Shown: positions 37,216-50,228 of the stretch, piece after piece | How positions within the stretch are numbered: position 1 is the stretch's first letter | Layout: each line of letters opens with the position of its first letter | Assembly: GCF_001194135.2 (NCBI RefSeq) | Contig: NC_068990.1 | Location: forward strand, 5,476,077-5,540,076 | Direction: 5' to 3' | DNA: 64,000 nt | From: Octopus bimaculoides | Lineage: Eukaryota | The notes under the pieces: model-generated | Seen by the model: only the letters and a program-made list of their open reading frames with translations | The model's database searches: none | Told to the model about the DNA's origin: nothing | Position numbers and translations under genes: made by a program

Positions 37216-39104
37216 AATCCGCCAAAAGGACTCTACCTGCTATTCAAACGACTACCCTTATCACATATTGCGTCACGCTGATTCTGTTGGAGGATTCCGC
37301 TAGAGACATACATGTTTGTAGAATACTCCTCAGCCACCAACGTTAATTTAATGAGTAAGTAGTTCTTGTGTGTCCATCTTTTTCTGTGTACACAAGGGTG
37401 TAGGATGTGAATTGAGGGAATTAACTGATATTTCTCGCATAACAAGAGACTCCATATAAACTCCCTCTTTGACTCGTAGTTCAGTAGGGAATTTCTGATC
37501 AGTGATATTTTTATTGTGTTGGTTGTACTCATAAAACTCTGGTGCATATGTTAACCATGAACAATGAGGAAGAAAGCGGCCAATGATATAGAAGGAATGT
37601 TAAAATAAAACTGAACGGAAATATTTTGTTCAGAGAGCGAGGTGGACTGTTATAATAGCTAAATAAAATACAAAAAAAAGTGGAGGGAAGTAAATGTTTA
37701 TCGATTCACAAACCAGAAGGTTTGATAAAAACCACTGCGTAATTCCAGTTTTTGATGTTTTAAGTAGATGAGAGACAAATCTTCTCGGTGAAGGATGCCA
37801 TGTTCTCAGTCTATCTAACCTTTTTCTGAATGAAGTGAAACTCACCACTGTAATGTAGAATGTGGTGCCGAAGGACACAGGGAAATATACACAGTGGATT
37901 TTAACTCAGAATGTTTGAGCTGAGATTTCAAATGGTTATTTTTTATCCAGACGGATACGAGGGAGAAAGAGAGCTTGAAATGGTCCCGAACATGAAACTG
38001 AACGAATTCTGCTAAAGACAAACACTGTGCTCAAGGGACTGGTGGTGTTAAACTAGGTGAAGGATTAAATCTGCTAGCTGGTAGGCCATGGCGAGATCTG
38101 AACTCAGAATTCAAAGACCTGGACAAATATCACAAGGCGAACCTGTCTAACGTTCTTACAGTTTCACCAACCCACTTCTCTAGAAAGGTACTACTTTTTT
38201 ACCACCTCCGAAAGTAAATTTTAACTCGGCTTCATTTAAATCTGGAGTGCAGAGTCAGAGGAAATACTGCGAGTAATTCATTTCGACACTCTGACGAAGA
38301 ACATTACAAAGTACAGTGAGTAAATTCCGGGAGCTGCAAGTGTATTCTTACTGAAAATGTTTATATTTTATGTCAGAATATACAAAAATGAATAATGGAA
38401 TATATGTATATTTAGCTGGATTGGTTATAACGTCTCTCTTGGCTTACTACGGAATGTTGCATACCATTATGTAAGGTGTTCTGCGTGCTAACTCGTGGAA
38501 ATAGTACAAGAAGCAAACTTTAAAATAACAACGAGACCTTATTCCTCTGATAAATTATACAGCGGTCAAATAAGCACATCACGGATTCTGTTGGTTGTAT
38601 ACTTCATCCGTCCTTTGGATAATTCAGCTCTAGCCGGTGTTGGTTACAAGTGATTCGTTATGACAGCAGGAAATATCATGATGTGTCCTCCTGGAAGTCT
38701 CTCACTTCTCTGTCTTAGAGGTTTTTTTGACCCAATATATAGACAACCATGGACTCCAGCGATGGTTCAAGTTAGTTATATGGAGACACACAACCACGCA
38801 TATGGAGATACACATCCATACCTACAGACACAGTACATAGTCACAAAAACCCATACACACACACAGACACAATCAGACATGCACACACAAGGAGACAGAG
38901 GTACACACACATGCAAACACACACACGCACACACGTAAATGAGTGGAAACCTTACCGGTGAGAGTGTTAAATAATAAGGCACTAAAAGAGAATTACTCTC
39001 CCCAAATACAACAAAATATACTTCAACACACGAACTCTCATAAAGAATCTTGCAAACCAGATCCCAAAATGAAATATATATATATATATATATATATTTA
39101 TAAT

Positions 39105-39630
39105 ACAGAATGGGACAAGAACGCAAAACATCCAGGCAGTTAGGTGATACAAGAAAGGGACAAAACATCCAGATAGACGATACAAAGAAAACATGGACAG
39201 GTCATTTGGAGTTTTCTTTCTTCAGTCGAGATCCAGATTATCCTTGCAATTTCGGCTGGTTATTATTGATATTGCTCCAATCTGGCCAGCTCCAAGGAAA
39301 AACAAAGCTAAGAGCATTCGATTCCTTGGAAGAAAGCAGCGAATGTATACAAAAGCAAGGACGGAAAACAAAACGAACAACGTTACACAAATACAGTAAG
39401 AATAATAACAGGACATAACGACAGATGTCTTTCGACTAAGGACGAATAAAATTAAGCTGGAGTATATGGAAATAAGGCCTTGCAGCAGGGATAAAAGAAC
39501 TCACAGGCACAGGAAGGAATAACGATGTTGCACGCACAACGGCCGCCCAAGAAAGGTCAAGCTTGGCCGAACACCGGTCACGTATATTTGAGAAAAGAAA
39601 AAGAACGACTTCACTGGCAATTCTCATCAG
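39105..39630. mobile_element. Unclassified ~520-bp interspersed repeat abutting a (TA)n tract, possibly Penelope-like
   Basis: Complex GC-richer block starting at a TA tract. Recognised only from recall as an octopus repeat; no ORF. Confidence 0.35.
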
Positions 39631-40904
39631 TTTGATTTATTATTTTAAAATATTTTTAGTAATATAAATTTAGGTGATTAGAACTGCCAGTAAAGTTGTT
39701 CTTTTCTTTTTTCAAATATATATATACATGTGTGTGTGTGTGTGTGTATGCCTGTATGTATATGAATATGTATGTGTAATATGTAAGTAAACACCTATAT
39801 ATGGTTTTATATATATGTATATTTATATAAATATACCTGCATGTGTTTGTGTGTGCGCGCGCGTGTGCGTGTGTGTGTGTGTGCGCTTGTGCGTTGCGTG
39901 TGTGTGTGTGTGTGTGCGTGTGTGTACATGAACTGGAATTAACAGATAAGCATACAATTTAGTTCTATCAAGATAAAGATTTTCTTCAAACGTTGTCAGC
40001 AATAATATAATTACGGAATGGTATTGTGAGTCATCATGGGGAATACCAGTATAGAACAGAGAGTATAAGCGTACATGTTGAGTGTGCACCAACGGCATAA
40101 CACAAGAATAAAGAGCACACGGGTCTGTTGCAATTTTCTAATACAAATTAAGCTATAATTGCCAGCACAAACTTCAAGAAGCTAATCAACCGAACTAACC
40201 AGTTGATTATCATCAATCAACTATATTTCATCGTCAAACAGGATTTACAGTGAATGCACAAAAATTGTAGGCACATATGCTTATGAGGTGTATTTCTGAG
40301 AAAGAAATCCTCACCAACATTACAATGTTAATTTATGCGTTTAATGTGAATCATGTGACGATAAAGAAAAGAACCCTAACCTGGCAAAAGATGATGTAGT
40401 TAATACCAAAATAGTTCTAGAAAGAGAGACAGAGAACTGTTATGAACATCTACTAAGAAACTAAGCACAAGAAGCAATAACGAAACTTGATTGCAAATAA
40501 GCACTGGTAAGCGTTGCGATGAAGTGTTATAAAAAACAGAGACCTTCCGGAGATACGTAACAGTCATTGAAGGAGTACATAAAAAGCTAAGCATCAAGGA
40601 ACTCTATTTGTCTAATGTTGTATACTGAAGTAGAGAAGAAACAGATAATATGACGACTGAACGCCTTTCATCGTAGGTTTTGCAAAGGGATAAATAACAA
40701 CAGTGACGACGACATGTATGTTATTTCTGTTCGTTCTCTCATCCGGGTGACGAATCGTAACAGCATCCGACGGTATTTATGTCGGTGGCTCTTTAAGAGT
40801 AAATAACTTTGCTTTTCATCCATTCGGAGCGATAATTTAAAATTCCAGTCTTCAAAAATATAAACTCACGTGTCTATGTTAGACATCACGCGATCGACAA
40901 AACT

Positions 40905-41152
40905 ATCGAACGTTGTTATGCATCACTGGTCACAATGCGCTTTTTATCGTTTTAGTGGCTAGGTGAGCAGGACAACACTCCTGACAAGAAGGATAATCCG
41001 TCACAGGGTTACCCATTTACAGCTAAGTGGACAGGAGCAACATGAGATCAAGTGTTTTGCTTAAGAACATATTCGTGCTGCTCGGCCCGGGAATCGAACC
41101 CACGTTCTTGTGATAATGTATGAAACATCCTAACCACTAAACCACGCGCTTA
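40905..41152 (-). mobile_element. SINE family E, near full length
   Basis: The minus strand reads GCGCGTGGTTTAGTGGTTAGG...GGGTTCGATTCCCGGGCCGAGC...TTCTTAAGCAAAACACTTG...GCTCCTGTCCACTTAGCTGTAAATGGGTAAC. Confidence 0.88.
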
Positions 41153-42165
41153 TGCTAGACATAGTTACTCTATAATTCATTGATTTATTTACTGTTGTAT
41201 TTAGTTACAAGTTGATCATTGCAAGTGGACTATAAAACTTTAACTGTTAAACTCACAAATATGTGAACGTATTTTGATATTGTATGTCTAACATTTCACA
41301 AAAGTTTGATGAGGAAGTAAAAATGTAATGAAATTCACTAATCTGGCAGACATAAGCCTTTCATTAGCCTAAGGTGAATCTTAAACCATACAACAGACAG
41401 TTGCTCATAGTTGAAATTGTATAAAATAAAAAATTTAAAAAAACTAAGAAATTTAAATATAACTAAAGAGTAAAAATCAAGATATTAGAGAACTAAATTT
41501 AATACATTTAGAAACAGCTGAAACACATTTTTATTTGATTATGAAAGAAACAGAGATAAAGTAAACTTTTCAAATGTTTGATAAAAAAAGTTTTATAATC
41601 ATTTTTGTTGCTGCAGTTGTTGTTGTTGCTGCTGCTGCTTCTGCTGCTGCTGCTTCTGCTGCTGTTACTGTATTACTGTTGCGTTGTTTCATTTGAATAA
41701 AATTTGAAATTTCAAAGCTGAAACGAAATTTTAAAAGGAATACTATTAAAAACGTGGAAGGAATAGATTAACTTGGTTAGTAAAACATTTAAGAGACAAC
41801 AAGGCAGAGGGCAACTGATCACTCGATTTGTTTGAAATACCAATCAAATCTACCTCGTACTCCATTGTTTTAGAAGATATATTAAGTCTAAGACTACATT
41901 AGATAACGTATAAGACACACAATACACAATAAAGATGGGACGGACGTAATTGGAAGGCTTTAGATCATAAGATTGCTTGGCTCGAATAAACCTAATATCA
42001 CAGCATCGTTAAAATTATCCGCATTTGAACAGGGGGGCTTCAAATGGTCACTTGACTTACAAGACACATTGTGCTTATGCCTTTCTATACGTGTTTAAAA
42101 ACTCAACAATAACCAACAAACATTTTTATGTATTTTCTATTAATGGTTTTCAAATTTGACAAATA

Positions 42166-42513
42166 CAGGCATACCTCAACTTCTGTTGTTTCGAGGTACA
42201 TTCTGTTCGACTTTACATCGATTTTTGTTTTAAAGATATTGATGGAAACAATAAACCTCAACTTTAGTTGATTTATCCGACTTTGCGCAAGTTTCAGCGA
42301 ATATATTTACAAGCATAAATATTAAACAAAACACTTAAAACCCAATACTGAAGTGGAAGATGACATAAAATGCACACGAAAATACATACAAATAATTTAT
42401 CTAAACAGATATAAGCTAATAAATTTTTCAAATGGTTTTTTCGCACTACCTCGGTTTTCGAATGAAGTTGCATGCCTCGGAACCAATTACCAAGGTAGGT
42501 TGAGGTATGCCTG
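42166..42513. mobile_element. pogo/Tigger-like MITE, 348 bp
   Basis: Perfect 15-bp TIR CAGGCATACCTCAAC / GTTGAGGTATGCCTG flanked by TA on both sides. CAGGCATACCTC matches the Tigger1-type terminus as recalled. Confidence 0.9.
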
Positions 42514-43338
42514 TATAGTTCAACTATAATTGCTAACACAGGTGAACACAGTATTGACTTATAAAAACGTTTAATATACTTTATAGTATATGGTGATTGC
42601 ATGACGAAATATCGTGTCCCAAGTCATTAATATTTACATAACAGCTTCCAGGAATGTTTTTGATATATCCAATAACGTTACAATAATGTATTTAGCGACT
42701 ATTTAAGCAATGTGTTTGTGGGTGTTTAATGGATTAGACGAGTGCTGATGAAGAAGCAAAAACTCCCGAAATATGGGATATACGCCCATTACCGTTTTTT
42801 CATCTTCGATGTCATTGTTTACATCTGGCGTTTGGGATACGAAATGTCGTAACAAAAATCAGTACTGGCTATAATTTCTAAAGAATATCTGTAGATAACA
42901 TTAACAAGTGAAGTAACTGAAGCGTTCACAGAATTGGGCCCACTTCTGAAATAGCACAACTTTGGTTTGGTCGACTGATAGCTGAACGATCCTCGGGACT
43001 TACATCGGAATAGCCTTCTACTAGAAAGATATTTTAAAAAGCAATTGGAGTCTATATATCAGAAGTTGACTTGCAGCGCGCTGGTCCACTAACATGTGTA
43101 TTTCTATCTTTTCAAGCAATTACTTGAAAATCGATGACCATGCACCCTTTTGACGGGTACACAATTTTGTTCTGCTCGGTTTCTACAAAGTTTCCTCTTG
43201 AGGTGAGCCTTGTCGGAGCGTCAGATTAATCTATGTAAGTATGCATGCATGCATGTATGTGTGTCTATATGTAAGCATGTTACATGTATGCATGTGTATA
43301 CATACATACATACATACATATATATATATATATGTGTC

Positions 43339-43480
43339 TTATCTTCGAAACGTCAGGTTAGAATAGAGACAGCTGATGAAGGAATATTCCAAGTGGCTTT
43401 CCGTTTTCCTATGTGTTCGTTCCGTTGTCTGTAGTTCATTGTTCTAACGTCCTGTACCCTGATATGCATATATATACACA
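43339..43480 (+). mobile_element. Penelope-like terminal remnant with two hammerhead half-motifs
   Basis: TTATCTTC-GAAACGTC-AGGTT (3' half) followed by GACAG-CTGATGA-AGGAATATTCC (5' half of a second unit). Confidence 0.55.
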
Positions 43481-43533
43481 TGTAGATGTAAGTATGCACA
43501 TATATGTGTGTATACATGTATATATATTCTTTG

Positions 43534-43567
<34 letters not shown>

Positions 43568-44442
43568 NNNNNNNNNNNNNNNNNNNNNNNNNNNNNNNNN
43601 NNNNNNNNNNNNNNNNNNNNNNNNNNNNNNNNNNNNNNNNNNNNNNNNNNNNNNNNNNNNNNNNNNNNNNNNNNNNNNNNNNNNNNNNNNNNNNNNNNNN
43701 NNNNNNNNNNNNNNNNNNNNNNNNNNNNNNNNNNNNNNNNNNNNNNNNNNNNNNNNNNNNNNNNNNNNNNNNNNNNNNNNNNNNNNNNNNNNNNNNNNNN
43801 NNNNNNNNNNNNNNNNNNNNNNNNNNNNNNNNNNNNNNNNNNNNNNNNNNNNNNNNNNNNNNNNNNNNNNNNNNNNNNNNNNNNNNNNNNNNNNNNNNNN
43901 NNNNNNNNNNNNNNNNNNNNNNNNNNNNNNNNNNNNNNNNNNNNNNNNNNNNNNNNNNNNNNNNNNNNNNNNNNNNNNNNNNNNNNNNNNNNNNNNNNNN
44001 NNNNNNNNNNNNNNNNNNNNNNNNNNNNNNNNNNNNNNNNNNNNNNNNNNNNNNNNNNNNNNNNNNNNNNNNNNNNNNNNNNNNNNNNNNNNNNNNNNNN
44101 NNNNNNNNNNNNNNNNNNNNNNNNNNNNNNNNNNNNNNNNNNNNNNNNNNNNNNNNNNNNNNNNNNNNNNNNNNNNNNNNNNNNNNNNNNNNNNNNNNNN
44201 NNNNNNNNNNNNNNNNNNNNNNNNNNNNNNNNNNNNNNNNNNNNNNNNNNNNNNNNNNNNNNNNNNNNNNNNNNNNNNNNNNNNNNNNNNNNNNNNNNNN
44301 NNNNNNNNNNNNNNNNNNNNNNNNNNNNNNNNNNNNNNNNNNNNNNNNNNNNNNNNNNNNNNNNNNNNNNNNNNNNNNNNNNNNNNNNNNNNNNNNNNNN
44401 NNNNNNNNNNNNNNNNNNNNNNNNNNNNNNNNNNNNNNNNNN
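43568..44442. other. Largest assembly gap. Other N runs: 10644-10696, 11239-11409, 16063-16072, 18682-19091, 22639-23335, 27060-27296, 31672-32175, 34234-34511, 46242-46602, 51738-52025, 53803-54005, 54999-55180, 63431-63560
   Basis: N characters, mostly flanked by TA/CA tracts. Confidence 0.99.
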
Positions 44443-44799
44443 GTGTGTATGTGTGTGTGTGTATGCATATGCATCTATGTGTGTTTGAAGGAGACACTAA
44501 ATAATATATTGTTCATTTCTATTGGTAAATTTCTATTAAATTTTTCGTAGTTTCTAGAAGCAAGTAATGTTTAACTGGAAATATTAAGAAGGTGTGATTT
44601 AGCTTCGTTTCAAAATATAGTAATTTAACTCGACGGCAGTATTTTTTTTATTGAGAACAGAAGAATCAATAAGTATGCATATACATACATATATCTATAC
44701 ATATATATGCATGCATACACACACATATTTATTCATCCACCTGTGTTAAAACTGATATATCATGATTGCGCTCTTTAGAAAAATTATACCTATATTGAT

Positions 44800-44905
44800 G
44801 TGATTATGATAATGATGTTGATAGTGATGATTATGATGATGATGATGATGATGGTGATGATGGTGTTGCTGAGGATGCTGTCGATGATGATTATTACGAT
44901 GATGG
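44800..44905. repeat. (GAT)n imperfect trinucleotide repeat
   Basis: Gives rise to the spurious poly-His ORF on the minus strand. Confidence 0.9.
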
Positions 44906-45964
44906 CAATTATAGAAGTTTATAGAAGTGATTATTATATTGGAGAATGTTGACAATTTCCAGCTGTAATAAGAGCTTTGCCTCCCTTGTATTAAAATAAG
45001 AATTGCCACAACGTCAAATAACGTCTTATAAAAATGTATTAAGGACTCAGACAACTTTCATTTTCAAAACTATCGATATATGGCTTTTTTAATAGGATAT
45101 CGTTAGAGCGTCGACTTTTTTGTTCTCGGAAAAGAAATACATACACAATATAGATTCATGTGTATAAATGCACTGACACATGCATGCACTCTCACACACA
45201 GTCGTGTGTAAACATGTGTTGAGTGTAAGAAAAAGTGGGATAGCGAGTAGGATAGTAGGAGCGAGTTTGAGAAAGGGAGTATGGTAGCAAGAAACAAGGG
45301 GCGAGGAAATCACAGCCCCCTTTCGGAATCTAGGGAATGCGTGTATCCAGTTCCAAGGTATAAGTTTTCGCTTGTGCGTACAGTGGCTGGAGATACAAGA
45401 TGTGAGAAATTCTTTTTTAAACCAGCAGCACAAAACTTGCATTTCCTGCTCGCATTTGCATGTGGTTTGCATTTTGAATGATCCTCCGGCCTACGTCTAT
45501 TCTGTGCTTTTTAGAAAATTTAGCAATTCCTTTGAGCGCATAATACAGATGCATATATTTTAAGCAATCTTTGTACAAAAGCAAGTAAAATCGAAACGAT
45601 CCATATTAATTATCTTTCCACGTATAATTTAAGTAAACCAATAAAAACATCCACGGTCAATTTCTCTAGCTGCTTGTTACATGAGTAATCTATTTTAGGC
45701 ATCAATACATTTTAATCCACTTTTTCTCCGAAGAAAACGTCTTAAATACCGCTTGGAGTAAATATCTCTTATTCGCCCAGAATTAAAATAATAGTACCGT
45801 TGTTGTTCTAAGACCTACTTTACAGCTAAGTCACTTCTCTAAAAATTTAGTTTCGTTGTAATATAAGGAATCATTAAGGGAACTTAATAAACTCAAGTCC
45901 TATAAGAAGTGTAGAATGCAATTATTCAGACATATTTCCCATTTTACATTGACATTTCTGATAC

Positions 45965-46117
45965 ACGATCCCTATTGATCGCCCCCTTTTTTTCTTTCCA
46001 CAATCCCTTTTGATCGAAATTCGACTCACGTTTTTTTCTCTTCTTCTTCCCAAAAAGAAAAGCTCTACTTTGTATTTTGTCCCCTCTGTGTTCAGCCCTG
46101 TGTGGCCAATAAAGAAA
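45965..46117 (+). mobile_element. 3' end of the same L1/Tx1 family as 28880-29835
   Basis: CGATCCCTATTGATCG and TTGT...CCTCTGTGTTCAGCCCTG...AATAAA are shared with the minus strand of 28880-28980. Confidence 0.75.
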
Positions 46118-46241
<124 letters not shown>

Positions 46242-47321
46242 NNNNNNNNNNNNNNNNNNNNNNNNNNNNNNNNNNNNNNNNNNNNNNNNNNNNNNNNNNN
46301 NNNNNNNNNNNNNNNNNNNNNNNNNNNNNNNNNNNNNNNNNNNNNNNNNNNNNNNNNNNNNNNNNNNNNNNNNNNNNNNNNNNNNNNNNNNNNNNNNNNN
46401 NNNNNNNNNNNNNNNNNNNNNNNNNNNNNNNNNNNNNNNNNNNNNNNNNNNNNNNNNNNNNNNNNNNNNNNNNNNNNNNNNNNNNNNNNNNNNNNNNNNN
46501 NNNNNNNNNNNNNNNNNNNNNNNNNNNNNNNNNNNNNNNNNNNNNNNNNNNNNNNNNNNNNNNNNNNNNNNNNNNNNNNNNNNNNNNNNNNNNNNNNNNN
46601 NNTATATATATATATATATATGCACGCACACACACAGACACACACACACATGCATACATTTATATAGATGTATAATACACACAAGTACATGGACCCACAG
46701 TCACATATATGCGCGCAAACGGACACAAGCACACACACACACACACACACACATACATACACATGTATATACACAGCTAACCCATGCATAAATCATATGT
46801 ATTAAGTACTGATTACGAAAATGTTTGATGTGCAATGTGAAACGAAACCTAGAATGCGCATCTGCACCGGATCTGTTACCTAGTTGGCACGAATCTGCCA
46901 GCAGCCAAAGTATCATCCTCATTCTCAGACAAAGAGCATAGTTTCGAAACTCATTATTCACTAATCACTGCAAATGAATTCCTTAAAGTCATTTGTGAAC
47001 CCATTTATCGACTAATTATAGCCGACACTGACAATCAGGAATTCTACCTGGTTCTGAATATTACAATTATTTTCCTTAAGTTTAGCTTTTACTATTTGAG
47101 CATTCACTGAATGTAGTGACAAAACAATGTTGTATTTTATTATTTTTGATTCTTTATTTCTGATAACCATTTCGGTAAGCATGTTAGATTTTGAAGCTTT
47201 TAGAATCAATTAGATGTCACATGCACATTGTATTTCATCATATCACGTGCATAGAAAAAAAAAGGGAATAAAAACATCCATTCAGCTCCAATATAATTAG
47301 TGACAATATTAGCATTTACAT

Positions 47322-47670
47322 TAAGGGTTCTCAACTATTTTTTTTATCTATGGACCCCTTCCATTACTATTTTATTCTGATGGACCCCTATAGCCATTCG
47401 ATGTTTAATAACTAGTTTTATATATCCTTTTTTCAAAATTCCTATCGTTTTTCACACATTAACTTGTATAGATAGAACTACGTAAAATGTTAGAGAAAAA
47501 AACCGAGCTGTTGCTTGCAATAGATACCAATATATACACCTAAAGCAAAATTTTTTCACGGGCACTTAGAATATTATTGTGGTTCCCTAATTTATTGTTT
47601 CATTGCGAGGACCCCCAACAATCCTATATGGAATTTCAGAGACCATATGGACCCTGGTTTAGAACCACTG
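47322..47670. mobile_element. hAT (Charlie-like) MITE, 349 bp
   Basis: Ends TAAGGGTTCTCAAC and GTTTAGAACCACTG fit the CAGTGGTTCTCAAC-type TIR. 8-bp TSD ATTTACAT / ATTTACAG. Confidence 0.88.
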
Positions 47671-47718
47671 ATTTACAGAATCATTAATATAAATGTATGT
47701 AGAGGGCATTTACTTAAA

Positions 47719-48109
47719 TGTTGTTGTTGTTGGCACTCCGTCGGTTACGACGATGAGGGTTCCAGTTGATCCGACCAACGGAACAGCCTGCTCGTGAAAT
47801 TAACGTGCAAGTGGCTGAGCACTCCACAGACACGTGTACTCTTAACGTAGTTCTCGGGGATATTCAGCGTGACACAGAATGACAAGGCTGACCCTTTGAA
47901 TTACAGGCACAACAGAAACAGGAAGTAAGAGTGAGAGAAAGTTGTGGTGAAAGAGTACAGCAGGGTTTGCCACCATCCCCTGCCGGAACCTCGTGGAGCT
48001 TTAGGTGCTTTTGCTCAATAAACACTCACAACGCCCGGTCTGGGAATCGAAACCGCGATCCTATGACCACGAGTCCGCTACCCTAACCACTGGGCCATTG
48101 CGCCTCCAC
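47719..48109 (-). mobile_element. Full-length tRNA-derived SINE, family C, with (CAA)n tail and TSD
   Basis: tRNA-like head with A/B boxes and tail ...GACGGAGTGCCAACAACAAC. The direct repeat (AC)TTAAATGT lies on both sides (47712-47721, 48108-48117). Confidence 0.96.
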
Positions 48110-49154
48110 TTAAATGTAAATCCGTTTGAAAGTGAGTTAGAGGTGTGTATAAAGCAAGCAACACAGAAAATAAATTGGATTAAAGATAAAAACAAAAGAG
48201 GTGTACGTTACAGTGAAATGAGGTAAATAGTATCTAACGATTTAGTCGTATATGGAATATCAATGGTAAACGTATATCGTGAAAGTACCCTGAGGAAACG
48301 AAAATAAATCAATTAACTGGCGTCAATAGAATAGTGACATTCATTTGAATATTTGTTTTCGAAAACGAAAGGTGATTTCGAAGGCTTGATTGTGACGCAC
48401 TTGACCTCTTATTTCAGATGTAGGAACAGATCCAAAATGTCAAATCTTTATATGTTACATGATAACGTATGATAAACTCTTTGAAATATGATTGTGAAAA
48501 TCTACAGAATGACATAAATATTCATAGACGTGGTTAATTTGATAAAGGATATCTTGTATGGGAAATACTTTTCTAGAAAGCAATAAATTACAAGCTATAA
48601 CTCACGTGAATTGTAATTTATACACGTGACCTCTGACCTGCACTTTACTTACCTGACTAACATTTCATAATCTCGTTATAATGCGACTTGTTTATTGAAA
48701 CTGAAATCAACAGAAACTAAATTAAGTGATCAATTATAATTTGCAATATTGATTTTGGGTCTTTGATAAAAACCAACGCTTTCTTAGTATTTATTTTACT
48801 TATTTACTTTTAATCAAAGAACAAATTAATGAAACCGAAGAGAATGACCAAACATAATATATCAAATCAAAGAAATAAATAAGACTGTAAAAGAAAACAG
48901 ATGTAAAGTTTGAAATAAATCATGCATGGGGAGGATACATCACCGTATTAATAGTTGCACTACTTTTTCTTTTTTATCGTTTAAAATTGCATTTGTAAAC
49001 ATTAGCGTCGTTTGCTCCATGATCCCATCGGGACACACTATACATTATTTCAAAATGACAAAGAATTATTTGTGCAACTGGCTAAATTTTCGGTTTAATT
49101 TTCTTATATCTTTTTAAAATGTTGAGGTCATATACAGCAGTGATATATACAGCA

Positions 49155-49233
<79 letters not shown>

Positions 49234-49236
<3 letters not shown>

Positions 49237-49411
49237 TACAAATAAGATGATGATTTATTTCCGAACGTAAAGACGCCGTTAGAACGGCAGAAACATTACA
49301 AAGCGGAAATGTTGGTCAACAAACATCTTTGTAAGGGTAATTTACCCAATATTTCTGCTGTTCTAACGGCGTCTTTACGTTCGGAAATAAATCATCATCT
49401 TATTTGTATCT
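49234..49411. repeat. Foldback/MITE-like element: 64-bp inverted arms, 50-bp spacer
   Basis: 49234-49297 is the reverse complement of 49348-49411 with 2 mismatches. It sits in a (TA)n/(GA)n context. Confidence 0.95.
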
Positions 49412-50039
49412 ATATACACATTTCGACGCTTATAAAAAATAATAAAACCAAATGTTAATTTGTTTACTGCAGTAAGAGACATGCAGATGGGACCGAGCAG
49501 TAAACGAACATCTGAACTACTTAATCGTGACTACTGCATTTTATCAGACATTGGCGAGAACACGGTAAACTATATAGAATTTTCCATATACCTATTAACC
49601 ACAATTTTATTGTGATTTCTTGGTAACAATGCACATATTTATTGCTGCGATTATATATTATATATTTCAACTATTTTGGAATTTTATTTGAAAGGTTATA
49701 AATGTCTACATTAATTAGATATCTTAGAGTTAGTTATATGTCTATTAATTTTATGCGAAATATATGGACCATCTTCAGTTTCGAAGATGAGGATTCAGTT
49801 GTTCTTTCAACTAATTTATTCACTCATTGAACTACAGGGTAAAAGGCTGATCGATTTACTGATCAATTTCCCTCTCAAGAGAGGGGTTGACACAAGGCAA
49901 AGCTAAATGTCACTTTTTCAGGATGTACGCATAGTATCGAACTCGCGACATTATAATTACGAAGTGAACTTCTTAAACATTTAGCCATGCTGATCTGTTA
50001 TGCTGTATTTATAATTTATTATAACTGTAAAAAAATATA

Positions 50040-50228
50040 AAGCGGCGAGTTAGCAGAAGAATTAAATCATGGGCTGATTTTAAAGTTAAAATCTTGTTGA
50101 GGTCAACTTTGCCTTTCATACTTTGGGGGTTGATAAAATAGAGAGCCTCTCAAATAATGGGGTCGATGATATCGACTGACATCTGGTCTCCAAATTGCAG
50201 GGTTTGTACCTAAATTCGAAGCCATTAT
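50040..50228 (+). mobile_element. SINE family A with internal deletion
   Basis: GCGGCGAGTTAGCAGAA head, GAGGTCAACTTTGCCTTTCAT core, GGGGTCGATGATATCGAC. Confidence 0.8.

Noticed and set aside
37295-37340. Minus-strand CTGAGGA-GTATTCTAC-AAACATGTA as a hammerhead
   Set aside because: G12 is missing and no acceptable stem I forms.
44746-45054. Poly-histidine ORF
   Set aside because: Reverse translation of an imperfect (GAT)n repeat, with no other coding signal.
45420-45480. Octamer ATTTGCAT plus nearby TTGCAT repeats as a POU enhancer
   Set aside because: One exact 8-mer in 64 kb of AT-rich sequence is not significant without conservation data.
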